Notes: generated from the sequence alone by a model not told the origin. A stretch of DNA of 64,000 bases from Planctomycetota bacterium (GCA_046290465.1 JBKAGP010000001.1:3936001-4000000), one strand, 5' to 3'. Shown: positions 10,865 to 21,051, numbered from the stretch's first letter. Numbers and translations are program-made.

Positions 10865-11191
10865 CTACGCGAGCGCTTCGCTCAGGATCTTCTGGATGCG
10901 CTCCAGGGCCGTTCGCATGCGAGCGCGCTCGACCTCTGCGTTCTTGACGGCGGCGACGATCGCCTCGAGGCCGTCACCCTGGACCGCTGCCTTGCTCACG
11001 CGAACGGCCGCGGGCTTCTTGCTCGCCACGCCGCTCATCTTCGAACGGACGTTGTAGACGAGCCCGGGCGTGCACTTGAGCTGCTTGGCGATGTCCATCG
11101 GCTTCTTGCCGGCCTTGATCATCTCCCGGATCTTGCCGGACTTCGAGTCCGCGCTGGGCTTGCGTCCTCGCTTCGATTTCGTGGTTGCCAT
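10865..11191 (-). CDS. Small basic HTH-like DNA-binding protein with C-terminal coiled coil
   Basis: KSGKIREMI...PMDIAKQLKCTPGLVYNVRS HTH-like segment; Lys-rich N-terminus. Confidence 0.7.
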   Translation of the reverse strand: MATTKSKRGRKPSADSKSGKIREMIKAGKKPMDIAKQLKCTPGLVYNVRSKMSGVASKKPAAVRVSKAAVQGDGLEAIVAAVKNAEVERARMRTALERIQKILSEALA

Positions 11192-11708
11192 GCCGCAATA
11201 GTCTCCGGTTTTCGGCTATGAACCAACCCCGGTGTACGGGAATCGGAGAGTTTGAGGGTGTTGGGCAGCCGAGTGTGTTGGCGGTCCGGCGGACGGACCT
11301 GACACGTCTCGGGGCGGCCAACCGGTCCCGCGGCCTGCCGTGGGGCCGCCTCGAGCACGCCCCGTCCAGGACCCGCCCGGGCGATCTGCGACTTCCTACG
11401 TAGATGCGGTGCCCTGGGCGGTCGACCGGAGTTCTGCCATGCCCTGGCAGGACGATGAGGTCCCGATTTCGAAGTCGCTCGCTGCGACTTCGATCGCCGG
11501 ACACGGTGGCGACCCGCCGAGCGACACCGGCACCGGGTCATAGGCAAGCATGCGCCGTCACCATTTCTCTGGCACACCCATCTGGACGAGCCAGAGGCAA
11601 ACAGCCGCGCGCATACCGAACTGGGTCGGAAGTGCGTCGCTTCCGCGAGGCACGCCCAGAAGACGCTCGTTCCCCGACCCGGCGCGCTCGGGACCGCTGA
11701 CTCAAGGC

Positions 11709-12107
11709 CTAGTCGAGCGCATCCCCAACCGTCTCGACCAGGTCCCTCGCCGACGACACGATCGCGCCCGGATTCTGCGACGCGATCGCGCCGCCGAGGA
11801 CCACCAGCGCCGTCGCGACCTTGACCACGTCCCGGACCGCCTCGATGCGCCGGATCGCGCGGCGGGCGCGCTTGGTCGCGCGCACGATCGCTGCAAAGTC
11901 CCGTTCGGTGTCGTCGAGGGTGATGCCGACGGCCGTGTCGATGAAGTCGCTCGAGTAGTTGAGCAGCGTCCACTCGACGCTCTCGATCTGGCGGCGCCGC
12001 GCGGCCGTCATGTCGCCCCAGTTGTCGAACCGGTAGTTGCCCAGTTGGACCGACAGTTCGCGGAATTGCTGGGCGAGCTCCCTCGCCTGTTCGCTGGTGA
12101 TGCTCAT
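11709..12107 (-). CDS. Hypothetical alpha-helical protein with C-terminal hydrophobic hairpin
   Basis: RBS GAGGAG; 11 bp downstream of the lipoprotein gene; protein-like composition. Confidence 0.8.
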   Translation of the reverse strand: MSITSEQARELAQQFRELSVQLGNYRFDNWGDMTAARRRQIESVEWTLLNYSSDFIDTAVGITLDDTERDFAAIVRATKRARRAIRRIEAVRDVVKVATALVVLGGAIASQNPGAIVSSARDLVETVGDALD

Positions 12108-12118
12108 CGTCTATCTCC

Positions 12119-13006
12119 TCAGTTGGCCAGGATGCGGATCTGCTTGTAGAGCGTCTGCAGGTCCTTGGAATGCGCGCGGATCACCGCGATCGCCTTGTCC
12201 GTCGTCAGCGCCTCGCGGTGCTCCACCAGGCCACGGTGGCCCGAAGCGATCTTGCGCAGAACGTCGAGGTAGCGGTCCAGCTGCTCCTGCATGCGCGTGA
12301 TCGCAAGCACGCGCTCGGCCATCAGCACACGACTGATCGGCGGCGCGCCGTCCGGATCGCCGTTGGCTTTGGCGCTCGCGGCCCAGGCCCCGAAGCGCTT
12401 CTCGATCGCCACCCGTTCGTTCTGCAGCGAACCGCGCAGGTCCTTGTCGAGGACCTCGAGCATGCCGGTGAGCGCGACCTGCAGGTGCGGGTCGACCTCG
12501 CGCACGATCTTGCAGACCTGACCCTGGCGCCAGCCGTTGAGCGCGGCACGCGCCAGCACCTTGGCGATCGCCGCCGCGGCCGACGCGGTCTCCTTGGAGA
12601 TCCGGCTGTCCGCCTCACCGATGACCTTCGCGTCCTCGAGGGCCTTGGTCAGGCCGTCGATCTCGCTGTCGACGCTGGTCAGCTCGTCCGCCGCCAGATC
12701 CCCGAGCGCGCTCATGTAGTCGACGACGACCTTCTGGCAGTCGAGCAGCCGCTTCGCCCGTTCCTTGCGGGTCTCGGCGATCGCGCGCAGGTGTTCGGTG
12801 GCCTCGTCGAGCTGGTAGACCAGCTGCCGCTGCGGGGACAGCTGGTAGTCGGTGACGATCTGCGCGAAGTCCGCGGTCGCCGCCGACGTCTTGGCGAACT
12901 CGCGCACCGCCGCGAGGTTGGAGCACGCCGCGAAGGCGAGCAGCAGGACGACGCCGGCCAGGTGCCGACAGCGGAGGGAGAACGGGTTGGCGGGCGGGGA
13001 GTTCAT
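12119..13006 (-). CDS. Putative lipoprotein, alpha-helical
   Basis: Lipobox-like LLLAFAA-C; amphipathic helical body; start chosen at MNSPP. Confidence 0.75.
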   Translation of the reverse strand: MNSPPANPFSLRCRHLAGVVLLLAFAACSNLAAVREFAKTSAATADFAQIVTDYQLSPQRQLVYQLDEATEHLRAIAETRKERAKRLLDCQKVVVDYMSALGDLAADELTSVDSEIDGLTKALEDAKVIGEADSRISKETASAAAAIAKVLARAALNGWRQGQVCKIVREVDPHLQVALTGMLEVLDKDLRGSLQNERVAIEKRFGAWAASAKANGDPDGAPPISRVLMAERVLAITRMQEQLDRYLDVLRKIASGHRGLVEHREALTTDKAIAVIRAHSKDLQTLYKQIRILAN

Positions 13007-13224
13007 CGTGGTGGCTGCTTCGGGTGGGACAAGCCGACCGGGAGGCCGGCAAACGGAGAACGGGATCCGGGCGCGCGTCACGTCATGTATGTCAGGGAAA
13101 TTGCGCACAGGTCGAGCGGGATTCCGTGTCCGACCCGAGGCCGAACATACGTTTGCTGCAGCTGACGCCGCGGCCCTGCACGACATCTCTCGCCGCCGGA
13201 CCGGCGCGGCGACCGGGACCCCAC

Positions 13225-14241
13225 GTGCCAGACACACCGAAGAGAAGTTCGTTCGCCGAATGGTTGCAGCGCATCCGCGAGCGGGCCTCGCGCGGCTCCA
13301 CCTCGACCTACGGCGGGCTCGGCATCTCGATGCTGATCGCCTCGCTGTGCATCGTGCCGACGCTGACGGCCTACGAGGTGCTGGACCACTGGCTCGCAGC
13401 CACCCTGGTCGTGCTGTTCCTGCTGGTCAGCGCGCCGCTGCTGCACGCTGCGTTCAAGCGACTGGCGCTGCAGCCTCCGGCGCGGCAGTACGAGGTCTGC
13501 GCCGCCGGTCTCGGCATGTGGTGTGCGATGCTCGCGATCGCCGCCGGTCTGATCGTGATCGCGGAGATCCGCGGCGGCGACCTGCCGCACGTCGCCAGCG
13601 AGGCGCCGACGCCGCACGAACAGGTGCTCGACTTCGTGGCCAGGTGGACCGGGGTCGTGCCCGATCGCGCCGCCAAGACGGCCACACTGGTGCAGGTATC
13701 GGGCATCGTCGCGGCGCTCGGGGCGTGCCTGTTCTGCCTGCGTCGCATCCAGAGGTTCCGGCCGCCGACGCAGGGGGAGCCGGCGTCGCCCGCGAGTCGG
13801 ACCCGGCAGGTATCGGGCGAGACCTTCAACGTACGGATCTTCTGGAACGGCCTGTTGTTCCGCGTCGCGCAGGCCCTGATCTACACGCTGGTCGCCTTCC
13901 TGTGGATCTGGGGCAGCGCCCAGAAGCTCGAGAACGGCGACGTCACCCGCCATCCGCCGTACGATCACTATTGGTACGTGCCGATCCTCGCGCTGATGAT
14001 CGGCCTGTTCGTCACGACGTTCGAATCGATCGTCGCAGGGGCTGCAGAGCGCATGGCCGGCGCGGCGCGCGCCCTGGTCGGACCGACCGGCGGTGGCGAC
14101 GGTCGCGGCCAGAGCGGTCGGCAGAGGTCGACGATGCCGCCGAACCGGCCGTCAGCCGGGGGACATACGCGTCGCCCGCCGCGGCCGCGGCGGCCGCCGA
14201 CGAGGCGGCCACCTCCGACGGACGACGGTTCGGACGTCTGA
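13225..14241 (+). CDS. Hypothetical integral membrane protein (about 6 TM)
   Basis: Several hydrophobic helices; start uncertain (GTG at 13225 chosen). Confidence 0.7.
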   Translation: MPDTPKRSSFAEWLQRIRERASRGSTSTYGGLGISMLIASLCIVPTLTAYEVLDHWLAATLVVLFLLVSAPLLHAAFKRLALQPPARQYEVCAAGLGMWCAMLAIAAGLIVIAEIRGGDLPHVASEAPTPHEQVLDFVARWTGVVPDRAAKTATLVQVSGIVAALGACLFCLRRIQRFRPPTQGEPASPASRTRQVSGETFNVRIFWNGLLFRVAQALIYTLVAFLWIWGSAQKLENGDVTRHPPYDHYWYVPILALMIGLFVTTFESIVAGAAERMAGAARALVGPTGGGDGRGQSGRQRSTMPPNRPSAGGHTRRPPRPRRPPTRRPPPTDDGSDV

Positions 14242-14378
14242 CGCAAAGCCCGGGCGCGGCTGCGTCGCGCGGATTCTGCGGCATCGACTTCCGGTCGAGG
14301 CGCCGGGGAACGCCAGGAACGGGCGGGCCGTCCCGTCGGGGCGGCCGTCCCCCTTGCTTCCACGACCGGAGCTCCCTG

Positions 14379-17003
14379 ATGACGACCACCGACAGACCGC
14401 GACACGCACGATGCGTTCGCTCCTCGCTACGATTCCACAGCGCGACCCTCGCGACGTTGCTCAGCGCCACCACCTTGTGCAGCGTCGCCGCTGCGCAGGC
14501 CCCGGCCGCGACGGCCCTCACCAGCACGCGCACGGTGAACTTCTCCAACCGCACGGCGCTGACCCGCAGCGGTGAGTACGGCGTCGTGACGATCCCGTTC
14601 AACGAAGGCGAGTACTTCGGTGCGCAGGACCTCGTCGCCAACGGCGCCATCCTGACGACGCGGCCCTTCGGTCGCCATTACAGCGACGGTAGCTATCGGT
14701 TCGCCGAGGCGATCGTGCCGGTGGACGTGCCGGCCGCGGTCGGTGCCGCACCGGGCACCGTCAGCTACACGCTGTCCACGACGACCGACTTCGGCCCGGC
14801 GCCCAACTTCAACTTCGGGCCCAACACGACCAAGCTCGGGACGCTGTCGGCGCCGCTCAGTTCGCTGCAGATGCACCTCGACATCAACGGCACGCAATTC
14901 ACCTGCGACCTGCAGCAACCGGCAGGCAGCGCCAACGGCCCCGAGTCGATCACCGAGCACGGCCCGCGGCACACGCGTCGCTACATCGGCCGCGCCGGCG
15001 ACTACGTCTACACGCTCTACGTCTATCAGTTCGACGACGAGGACTACATGAACTGGGAGCTGCGTGTGACCAACAGCGGCTACTGGGACGGCGCGCCCGG
15101 CACCAGCGGCGCGACCGGCACGCAGGACTACACCTCGACCGACCACGACATCCTGCTCAGCACGTGGATGAACTGCGACATCGGCATCTACGGTGAGCGC
15201 GGCCACGAAGCGCTCGGCGTCGGCGGCTTCCCCGGCACGGCCTACGCGTCGCAGCAGCGCATGGGGCGCCGTGCATCGCTGAGCAGCACCCAGAGCTCGT
15301 TCGTCTTCGACACCAACTCGATGACGCAGGGCTACGTCCTGTCGACGTCCGGCGACGACTGGGGCGACGGGCAGTCGCAGGTCTGGCGCGGCCAGCTGGT
15401 CGTGCCGGACTGGAACTTCAGCACGTTCTCGGCGACCTACGACGCGGACGAGGCCGGCCACATGGCGCACCCGCTGATCGGCATGTGCCAGGAGTGGCAG
15501 AACACGACCGCGTTCGGGCCGCAGGGCTACATCGCGCCCGGCACGGTCTCGTCGGCGACCGTCGACGCCAAGTTCGCCGGCTTCGCCAGCTGGCTGGACC
15601 TGTCCGCGACCGGCGCGACGGTCGACCTCTGGGACCGCTTCGTGCAGGGCCCGAACCAGAACGACTACATCGGCCTGCTGAAGTTCAACGGCAGCACCGG
15701 CGCGCAACCCGACTTCGGCATCCTCGAGGGCTGGGACGCGTTCGCCTCGGGTGACCCGCGGCTGGCCGAGCAATACGGCTACCTCGGCTACCACTCGACG
15801 CGGCGCAGCGTGCACCGCTACTACGGCCCCGAGACCGCGACCAGCGGTGCGATCGTGCACGCGACCGAGGCCGCGCACCCCGATCCGAACCAGATCGCCC
15901 TCTACGGCTCGGACACGTTCAGCTCGGTCTCGCAGACGTTCTTCTTCAAGAACAAGACGACCACGAGCACGCACGGACGGCTGCCCGACGCCGGCAACCC
16001 GCACGACACCAATGGTTGGAACGGCTGGAAGATCTCGCACATGTCGATCAACCACCTCTACACCGCCTACGTGCTCAACCCGTGGTCGGAGACGCTGGCG
16101 GAGGAACTCGACTTCCACAAGGAGGCGTGGGTGTTCCAGAACCCCGACCCCGACAACAACTACCAGACCTGGCTCAACCACTACGGCGAGGCTCGCTCCG
16201 TCGGTCGCAGCTACTTCGCGATGGCGCAGATCGCCAACGCGCGCGGCCTGCACGACTACTCGCCCAACAGCCTGCTCGAACGACTGAACGCGCGCACCGA
16301 CAATGCGATCCTGCGTCGGTCGACGCCGGGCACGACCAAGTCGGGTGGCCAGTGGCCGGTCAAGCCGCGCATGTGGGGTCCGTTCTTCGGCTCCCAATAC
16401 GTCGCCTCGATCGTCGACGCGAGCACCGGCTCCTACACGCTCTACGAAGAGGACCCGGCCAACCCCGGCCAGACGATCGCGATGCAGAGCCCGGCGACCA
16501 TCGCTCCCTGGGAAGAACAGATGGCGCCGTACGGGCTCTACGCGTGCTACAAGATGACGCTCGAGGACGGCCAGAGCACCAACTACGGCGACAACCACAT
16601 GATCGCGGCAATGGCGCTGGCCGGACCGATGCTGCGCCACTGCACCGTGTGGTCGGCCTCGTCCAATCCGCTGTCGAGCTATGCATACCCTGGCACGACC
16701 GTAAGCGGCCCGCTGCAGAACACGCCGCCCGGAACGCCTGCATACCTGCAGATCGCGTTCCGATACGCCTGGCGCCCCGATGCCAATGGCTACGGCATCG
16801 CGGCGACCGCGAGCGAGGTGCAGAACTACTGGTACATGGCGATGCCCACGTCCAACTTCCCGCTCTGGGTCTCGCCGTCGGTCTACCTGCTCCAGTCGGG
16901 CGCCATCCCGATCTACGGCGGCGCGACGGTCGGCGAGGCGAGCGCCTTCGTCAACTTCGTCTCGGGGACGCAGTACGACCAACGCTGGCGCTGGGGCCAG
17001 TAG
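14379..17003 (+). CDS. Large secreted protein, possibly related to PcRGLX/YetA-like (RIFT-barrel) carbohydrate-active proteins
   Basis: RBS CGGAG; signal peptide ending AAAQA; N-terminal VTIPFNEG...YSDGSYRFA resembles the RIFT-barrel motif; aromatic-rich; function inferred. Confidence 0.7.
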   Translation: MTTTDRPRHARCVRSSLRFHSATLATLLSATTLCSVAAAQAPAATALTSTRTVNFSNRTALTRSGEYGVVTIPFNEGEYFGAQDLVANGAILTTRPFGRHYSDGSYRFAEAIVPVDVPAAVGAAPGTVSYTLSTTTDFGPAPNFNFGPNTTKLGTLSAPLSSLQMHLDINGTQFTCDLQQPAGSANGPESITEHGPRHTRRYIGRAGDYVYTLYVYQFDDEDYMNWELRVTNSGYWDGAPGTSGATGTQDYTSTDHDILLSTWMNCDIGIYGERGHEALGVGGFPGTAYASQQRMGRRASLSSTQSSFVFDTNSMTQGYVLSTSGDDWGDGQSQVWRGQLVVPDWNFSTFSATYDADEAGHMAHPLIGMCQEWQNTTAFGPQGYIAPGTVSSATVDAKFAGFASWLDLSATGATVDLWDRFVQGPNQNDYIGLLKFNGSTGAQPDFGILEGWDAFASGDPRLAEQYGYLGYHSTRRSVHRYYGPETATSGAIVHATEAAHPDPNQIALYGSDTFSSVSQTFFFKNKTTTSTHGRLPDAGNPHDTNGWNGWKISHMSINHLYTAYVLNPWSETLAEELDFHKEAWVFQNPDPDNNYQTWLNHYGEARSVGRSYFAMAQIANARGLHDYSPNSLLERLNARTDNAILRRSTPGTTKSGGQWPVKPRMWGPFFGSQYVASIVDASTGSYTLYEEDPANPGQTIAMQSPATIAPWEEQMAPYGLYACYKMTLEDGQSTNYGDNHMIAAMALAGPMLRHCTVWSASSNPLSSYAYPGTTVSGPLQNTPPGTPAYLQIAFRYAWRPDANGYGIAATASEVQNYWYMAMPTSNFPLWVSPSVYLLQSGAIPIYGGATVGEASAFVNFVSGTQYDQRWRWGQ

Positions 17004-17092
17004 CAGCCGCAGCCCGGCGCGATCGGCGCGCCGGGCACTTCTGCTCGGCTTGTCGGGGCACGGCCCCGAACCTATGCTGCCGCGCGAGAGTC

Positions 17093-18556
17093 ATGCAGCC
17101 GAGCTCCCCCACCGTCCGCCTTCTCCTCCCGTTGTTGCTCACCGCGCCCGCCCTGGCGCAGGAGGACTACGACGAGCGTCGCGCCGAGGTCGACGGGAAC
17201 GTCGTCAAGAAGCTGGTCGCGTTCGGTCGGCGGGCCACCGGCCTCAAGCAGGCCGAGATGGCGCGCGTCGCCTTCCAGATGGTCCTCGACCACTACGACT
17301 CCGACCAGCCGACGGCGCGCCGGGGGCTGGGCTTCCGCAAGGTAGGCGACGAGTGGCGCGAGGGCGCGGTCCGGCTCGGCGAGACCGTTGCCGACGCGAA
17401 GAAGGCGGCGCGGGCGCGTCGTGAGTGGGAGAAAACCCGCAAGCTGGTCAGCACGTTCCACGGCGAGTTCGGCATGGAGCTGATCGAGGCGGGACAGGTC
17501 GCGCGCGCGCACTACCAGCTCGAGCGCGCGCTGGAGTTCCAGCCCGGCGTCGAGGAGTGGCACCTAGCACTCGGCCACGAGCAGATCGACGGGTTCTTCG
17601 GGACCGCGGAGCAGGTGGCGTTCATCCGCAGGTTTCGCGAGATCCAGGCCAAGGCGCACGAGTTCTCCGAACGCGAGTACGAGGTCGAAGCGGTGCCGCA
17701 ATCGAAGATGCCCAAGGCGCTGCAGGTCTCGGGCCTCGAGTTCTTCGGCGCGCGTTCCGAGCACTTCACGCACTGGGTGGTCGAGTCGCAGGAGCATGCC
17801 TTCGAAAGCCTGCAATGGGCCGAACGGGCCTACGCATTCCGCCGCGAGGTCGCCGGGCACGCCACGCCACGACGGCCCCACCGGCACCAGCGGTACCTCG
17901 CGATCGTCCGCACCCGGGAACAGCGAGAGACGGTCCTGGCCAAGTCCCCGACCACGCGCGGCAGATACACGTTCGACCAGGCCAAGCTGTTCGGCAGCAC
18001 GCCCTACAAGGACGGCAGCGGCTGGGCCTACCTCGCCAGGTATCCACATTCGACCTCCGCCGACAACGTCGTCGGCCACGTCACCAAGCGCCACCTCGTC
18101 TCCCGCTGCAACGACGGCTTCGGTGAAGGGTGCGTGCACGCGATGACCTGGCTGCTGGTCGGCACCGTCGAGAGCTCCTACACCGATCTGCAGCACACCG
18201 TCACCAAGGACCTCGAGCCGCTGGGGCGGCATCCCGACGATTGGCGGAAGCGTCTGCAGACCGAGATCGACGCCGACAAGGACTGGCCGCTGGCACAGAT
18301 CCCGCGCGAACGCATCGAGAACTTCCGCGACTCGGCGAGGATCAAGTCGTGGAGCTTCGTGCTGTTTCTGATGGCCCGCTATCCGGACCGCTGGTTCGAG
18401 CTGGTGGCGGGCATTCCGGAGGTCCAGGGACTGACCGTCGAGAAGGTGAAGGAGTGCTTCGACGAGAAGCTCGGCGTCCGCGCGGGCGAGGTCGACGCCG
18501 AGTGGCGGGACTGGGCGCGACGCGGGTCGCGCATCGGCCGCGCGACCGACTGGTAG
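17093..18556 (+). CDS. Secreted hypothetical protein with TPR-like N-terminal segment
   Basis: Signal peptide (LLLPLLLTAPALA-Q); helical TPR-like segment (AHYQLERALEFQPG...HLALG). Confidence 0.75.
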   Translation: MQPSSPTVRLLLPLLLTAPALAQEDYDERRAEVDGNVVKKLVAFGRRATGLKQAEMARVAFQMVLDHYDSDQPTARRGLGFRKVGDEWREGAVRLGETVADAKKAARARREWEKTRKLVSTFHGEFGMELIEAGQVARAHYQLERALEFQPGVEEWHLALGHEQIDGFFGTAEQVAFIRRFREIQAKAHEFSEREYEVEAVPQSKMPKALQVSGLEFFGARSEHFTHWVVESQEHAFESLQWAERAYAFRREVAGHATPRRPHRHQRYLAIVRTREQRETVLAKSPTTRGRYTFDQAKLFGSTPYKDGSGWAYLARYPHSTSADNVVGHVTKRHLVSRCNDGFGEGCVHAMTWLLVGTVESSYTDLQHTVTKDLEPLGRHPDDWRKRLQTEIDADKDWPLAQIPRERIENFRDSARIKSWSFVLFLMARYPDRWFELVAGIPEVQGLTVEKVKECFDEKLGVRAGEVDAEWRDWARRGSRIGRATDW

Positions 18557-18650
18557 GCGACGCGCGCCTCGGGGCAGCAAGCCCGACCGCCGCGGCTGCG
18601 CGACGCCCCGCGTGCGCAGTTCCGAAGAAACTTGCACCCCCTGGCCTGCG

Positions 18651-19184
18651 ATGCGGATTGTGGGGGCAGTGAACGAAGTCCGCACGATCCGCCGCGAAGA
18701 CGTGACCCGTCTCGTGAGGCGTCACCAGACCGAGGTCTGGCGATACCTGCGCTTCCTCGGCGCGTCGGCCGAACTCGCCGACGACCTCTGCCAGGAGACG
18801 TTCTTGCAGCTGCTGCGCGCGCCCTACGAGGATCGCGGCGACGTAGCCCGCGCCTCGTGGCTACGCACGGTCGCGCGCAACCTGTTCGTCAAGTCGTTCC
18901 GTCGGCCGCCGTTCGCGCTGACCGAACTCGACCGCATCGAGGCCACCTGGTGCGAGCACGCGGGCGACGACGGCGGCGACGAATCGCTGCAGCGGCTGCG
19001 CGAATGCCTCGACCAGCTCGAAGGGCGCGCGCGCCAGGCGGTGCAGCTGCACTACGAAGAACGGCGCTCGCGCCGCGAGATCGGCGAGCGACTCGGCATC
19101 GGCGAGCAGGGCGTCAAATCGCTGCTGCGTCGCTCGCGCGACCTGCTCCGCCAGTGCGTCGAACGGGCAAGGAGGCAGTCATGA
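18651..19184 (+). CDS. ECF sigma-70 family RNA polymerase sigma factor
   Basis: VWRYLRFLG...ADDLCQETF...WLRTVARN; region 4 LRECLDQL...EIGERLG...VKSLLRRSR. Confidence 0.92.
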   Translation: MRIVGAVNEVRTIRREDVTRLVRRHQTEVWRYLRFLGASAELADDLCQETFLQLLRAPYEDRGDVARASWLRTVARNLFVKSFRRPPFALTELDRIEATWCEHAGDDGGDESLQRLRECLDQLEGRARQAVQLHYEERRSRREIGERLGIGEQGVKSLLRRSRDLLRQCVERARRQS

Positions 19185-20836
19185 CCGATTGGGACGACCG
19201 CGTCGTCGACAGCGCGCTGCACGAACTCGCGGGCCGACGGCCCCCGGACCTGTCGGCGCGCATCCTGATCACGCTCGACGAGCAGGCGCCGGGGCCGCTG
19301 CCGCGGCTGCAGCAGCCGACCCGTTCGCCGCTGCGCTCGGTGCTGCTGGCGGCGGCGTTGATGCTGCTCGGCATGGCCGTCGCCGCGCTCGGCAGCAGCC
19401 TGTTCGTGGACGAGCCGATCACGCGCTTTCGCAAGGTCGAGGCCAAGGTGCTGGCCGGCGCGATCGAGCTGTCGGCGCCGGCGACGGGCTCGGCCCGGCA
19501 GCGCGTGCTGGTCCGCGCGGGAGAAGTCACCACCATTGCAACCGATGTCGGTGCGCGCGTGCGCACGCCGGTTGCGACGACGGTGCGGCTCGGCGTCTTT
19601 CCGACGCTGCTGACCGCGGCCGACACGGAGTTGGAGGTTCGTTCGATGGAGTTCTCGATGAAGAATGGAGTGGTTGCCGCAGCGTCGCTGACGCTCGGCG
19701 TGGTTGCCGGCATCGTTACCTGGAATGCACTCGACGGGTCGGGCACGGCGGTCGCCGGCGAGACCGTGCACCTCGAGGCCGAGGGGGTCGCCGACACGGA
19801 CCTGGCCGCGGACAACGCCCGCCTGCTGGCCCGCATCCAGCAGCTGGAACGCGAGAACCGCAGCCTGCTGACGCTGCGCGAGGAGGTCGCCAGCAAGCCG
19901 GTCGAAGCGCCATCCGAGCCGGTCGAACCGGCCACGGCCGAGCCCGTCGCCGAGCTCGCGTTCAGCGACGATCGCTATCGGGACGTGCTGAAGGACATCG
20001 ACTGGAAGCTGATGGGCGAGACCACGCTCGAGATGCAGCCGCTGATGAACGAACTGGTGCGTGCGCTCGAGGAGGACGGCGAGATCCCGCCGGAGCTGGC
20101 CGTCAAGATCGAGCAGCTCAACGCCAACCTGATCGGTCAGGTCCCGGCCCTGCTCAAGGCCGGCCTGCCCGGCAGGGGCCCCAACGGCGCCTACACGCAC
20201 CCGCTGGTCGTCTCCAACATCCTGGCCAAGACGCTGCAGGCGGCCGGCAAGCCGCTGGACCAGGCGCAGAGCGCCGCGCTGTCCGGCCTCGTCAAGTCGT
20301 TCGGCTCCGAGCTCGACAGCATCTCGGCGGGACAGTTCACGTTCGAGGCCGAGCAGCTCCAGCAGGAGATCGAGGCCAAGAACCGCTTCTACAAGGAGAT
20401 GTCGGAGCGACTGACCCCGGAGCAGTTCGCGTCGATCTACCCGAAGGGCAGCACCGAGTTCGATGGCCTGAGCCTGTTCGGTTCGGGCCTGCTGTCGCGC
20501 ACCCTGGTCCGCCCCGTTCGCGCCAACAACGCCAGCGAGTTCGCCCGCCGCGCCGGCGCGCGACTCGGCGAAGTGCTCAAGCTCAACGACGCCGACACCA
20601 CCAGGCTGCGGTCGATCATCGAGTCGGTGTCGTCGACGACCCCGGGGCTCTGGGACCATCCGGCCAGCGCCGCCGAGAGCAAGCTGAAGATGATGCGTCG
20701 CGGCCGCACGACCGCCGCGATGCGCAACCAGGTCGCGATGCTGCGCGAGATCTCGCGGCAGATGTCGCTGACGGCGGCACAGCAGCAGGAGCTGGCGACG
20801 CTGTCGGGGATCCTGGTGCCGCTGCCGGTGCCGTAG
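19181..20836 (+). CDS. Putative membrane-anchored anti-sigma factor (FecR-like segment, coiled coil, helical C-terminal domain)
   Basis: ATGA overlap with the sigma gene; RBS AAGGAGG; TM helix; beta-rich FecR-like segment. Confidence 0.75.
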   Translation: MTDWDDRVVDSALHELAGRRPPDLSARILITLDEQAPGPLPRLQQPTRSPLRSVLLAAALMLLGMAVAALGSSLFVDEPITRFRKVEAKVLAGAIELSAPATGSARQRVLVRAGEVTTIATDVGARVRTPVATTVRLGVFPTLLTAADTELEVRSMEFSMKNGVVAAASLTLGVVAGIVTWNALDGSGTAVAGETVHLEAEGVADTDLAADNARLLARIQQLERENRSLLTLREEVASKPVEAPSEPVEPATAEPVAELAFSDDRYRDVLKDIDWKLMGETTLEMQPLMNELVRALEEDGEIPPELAVKIEQLNANLIGQVPALLKAGLPGRGPNGAYTHPLVVSNILAKTLQAAGKPLDQAQSAALSGLVKSFGSELDSISAGQFTFEAEQLQQEIEAKNRFYKEMSERLTPEQFASIYPKGSTEFDGLSLFGSGLLSRTLVRPVRANNASEFARRAGARLGEVLKLNDADTTRLRSIIESVSSTTPGLWDHPASAAESKLKMMRRGRTTAAMRNQVAMLREISRQMSLTAAQQQELATLSGILVPLPVP

Positions 20837-20892
20837 CGGGTGCGGCTCGCGCCGCTACCAGCGGGCTGCCGCCATCCGACGGCAGCCCGGCC

Positions 20893-20943
20893 GTTCGTCG
20901 CGCCCTGTTCGTCGCGCCCTGTTCGTCGCGCCCTGTTCGTCAC
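20893..20943. repeat. Short tandem repeat, 14-bp unit GCCCTGTTCGTCGC x3 plus a partial copy
   Basis: Read directly, between convergent genes. Confidence 0.8.
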
Positions 20944-20964
20944 GCGACTGGCGCCGGCGCTAGA

Positions 20965-21051
20965 CTAGGAGCGCGTCCATGAAGCGGACGCGCTGCCAAC
21001 CGTGATTTCGGAAGAGGCGTGCACGCGTGCGGACGGGGCTTTGCCCGCTAG
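20965..21051 (-). repeat. Solo diverged copy of the 83-bp CTAG-bounded palindromic repeat
   Basis: Reverse complement matches the unit at 24326-24742; CTAG at both ends; the right CTAG includes the stop codon of the gene ending at 21048. Confidence 0.9.

Noticed and set aside
12852..14378. N-terminal extension of the 1383-aa ORF 12852-17003
   Set aside because: It overlaps two better-supported genes; the real start with RBS and signal peptide is at 14379
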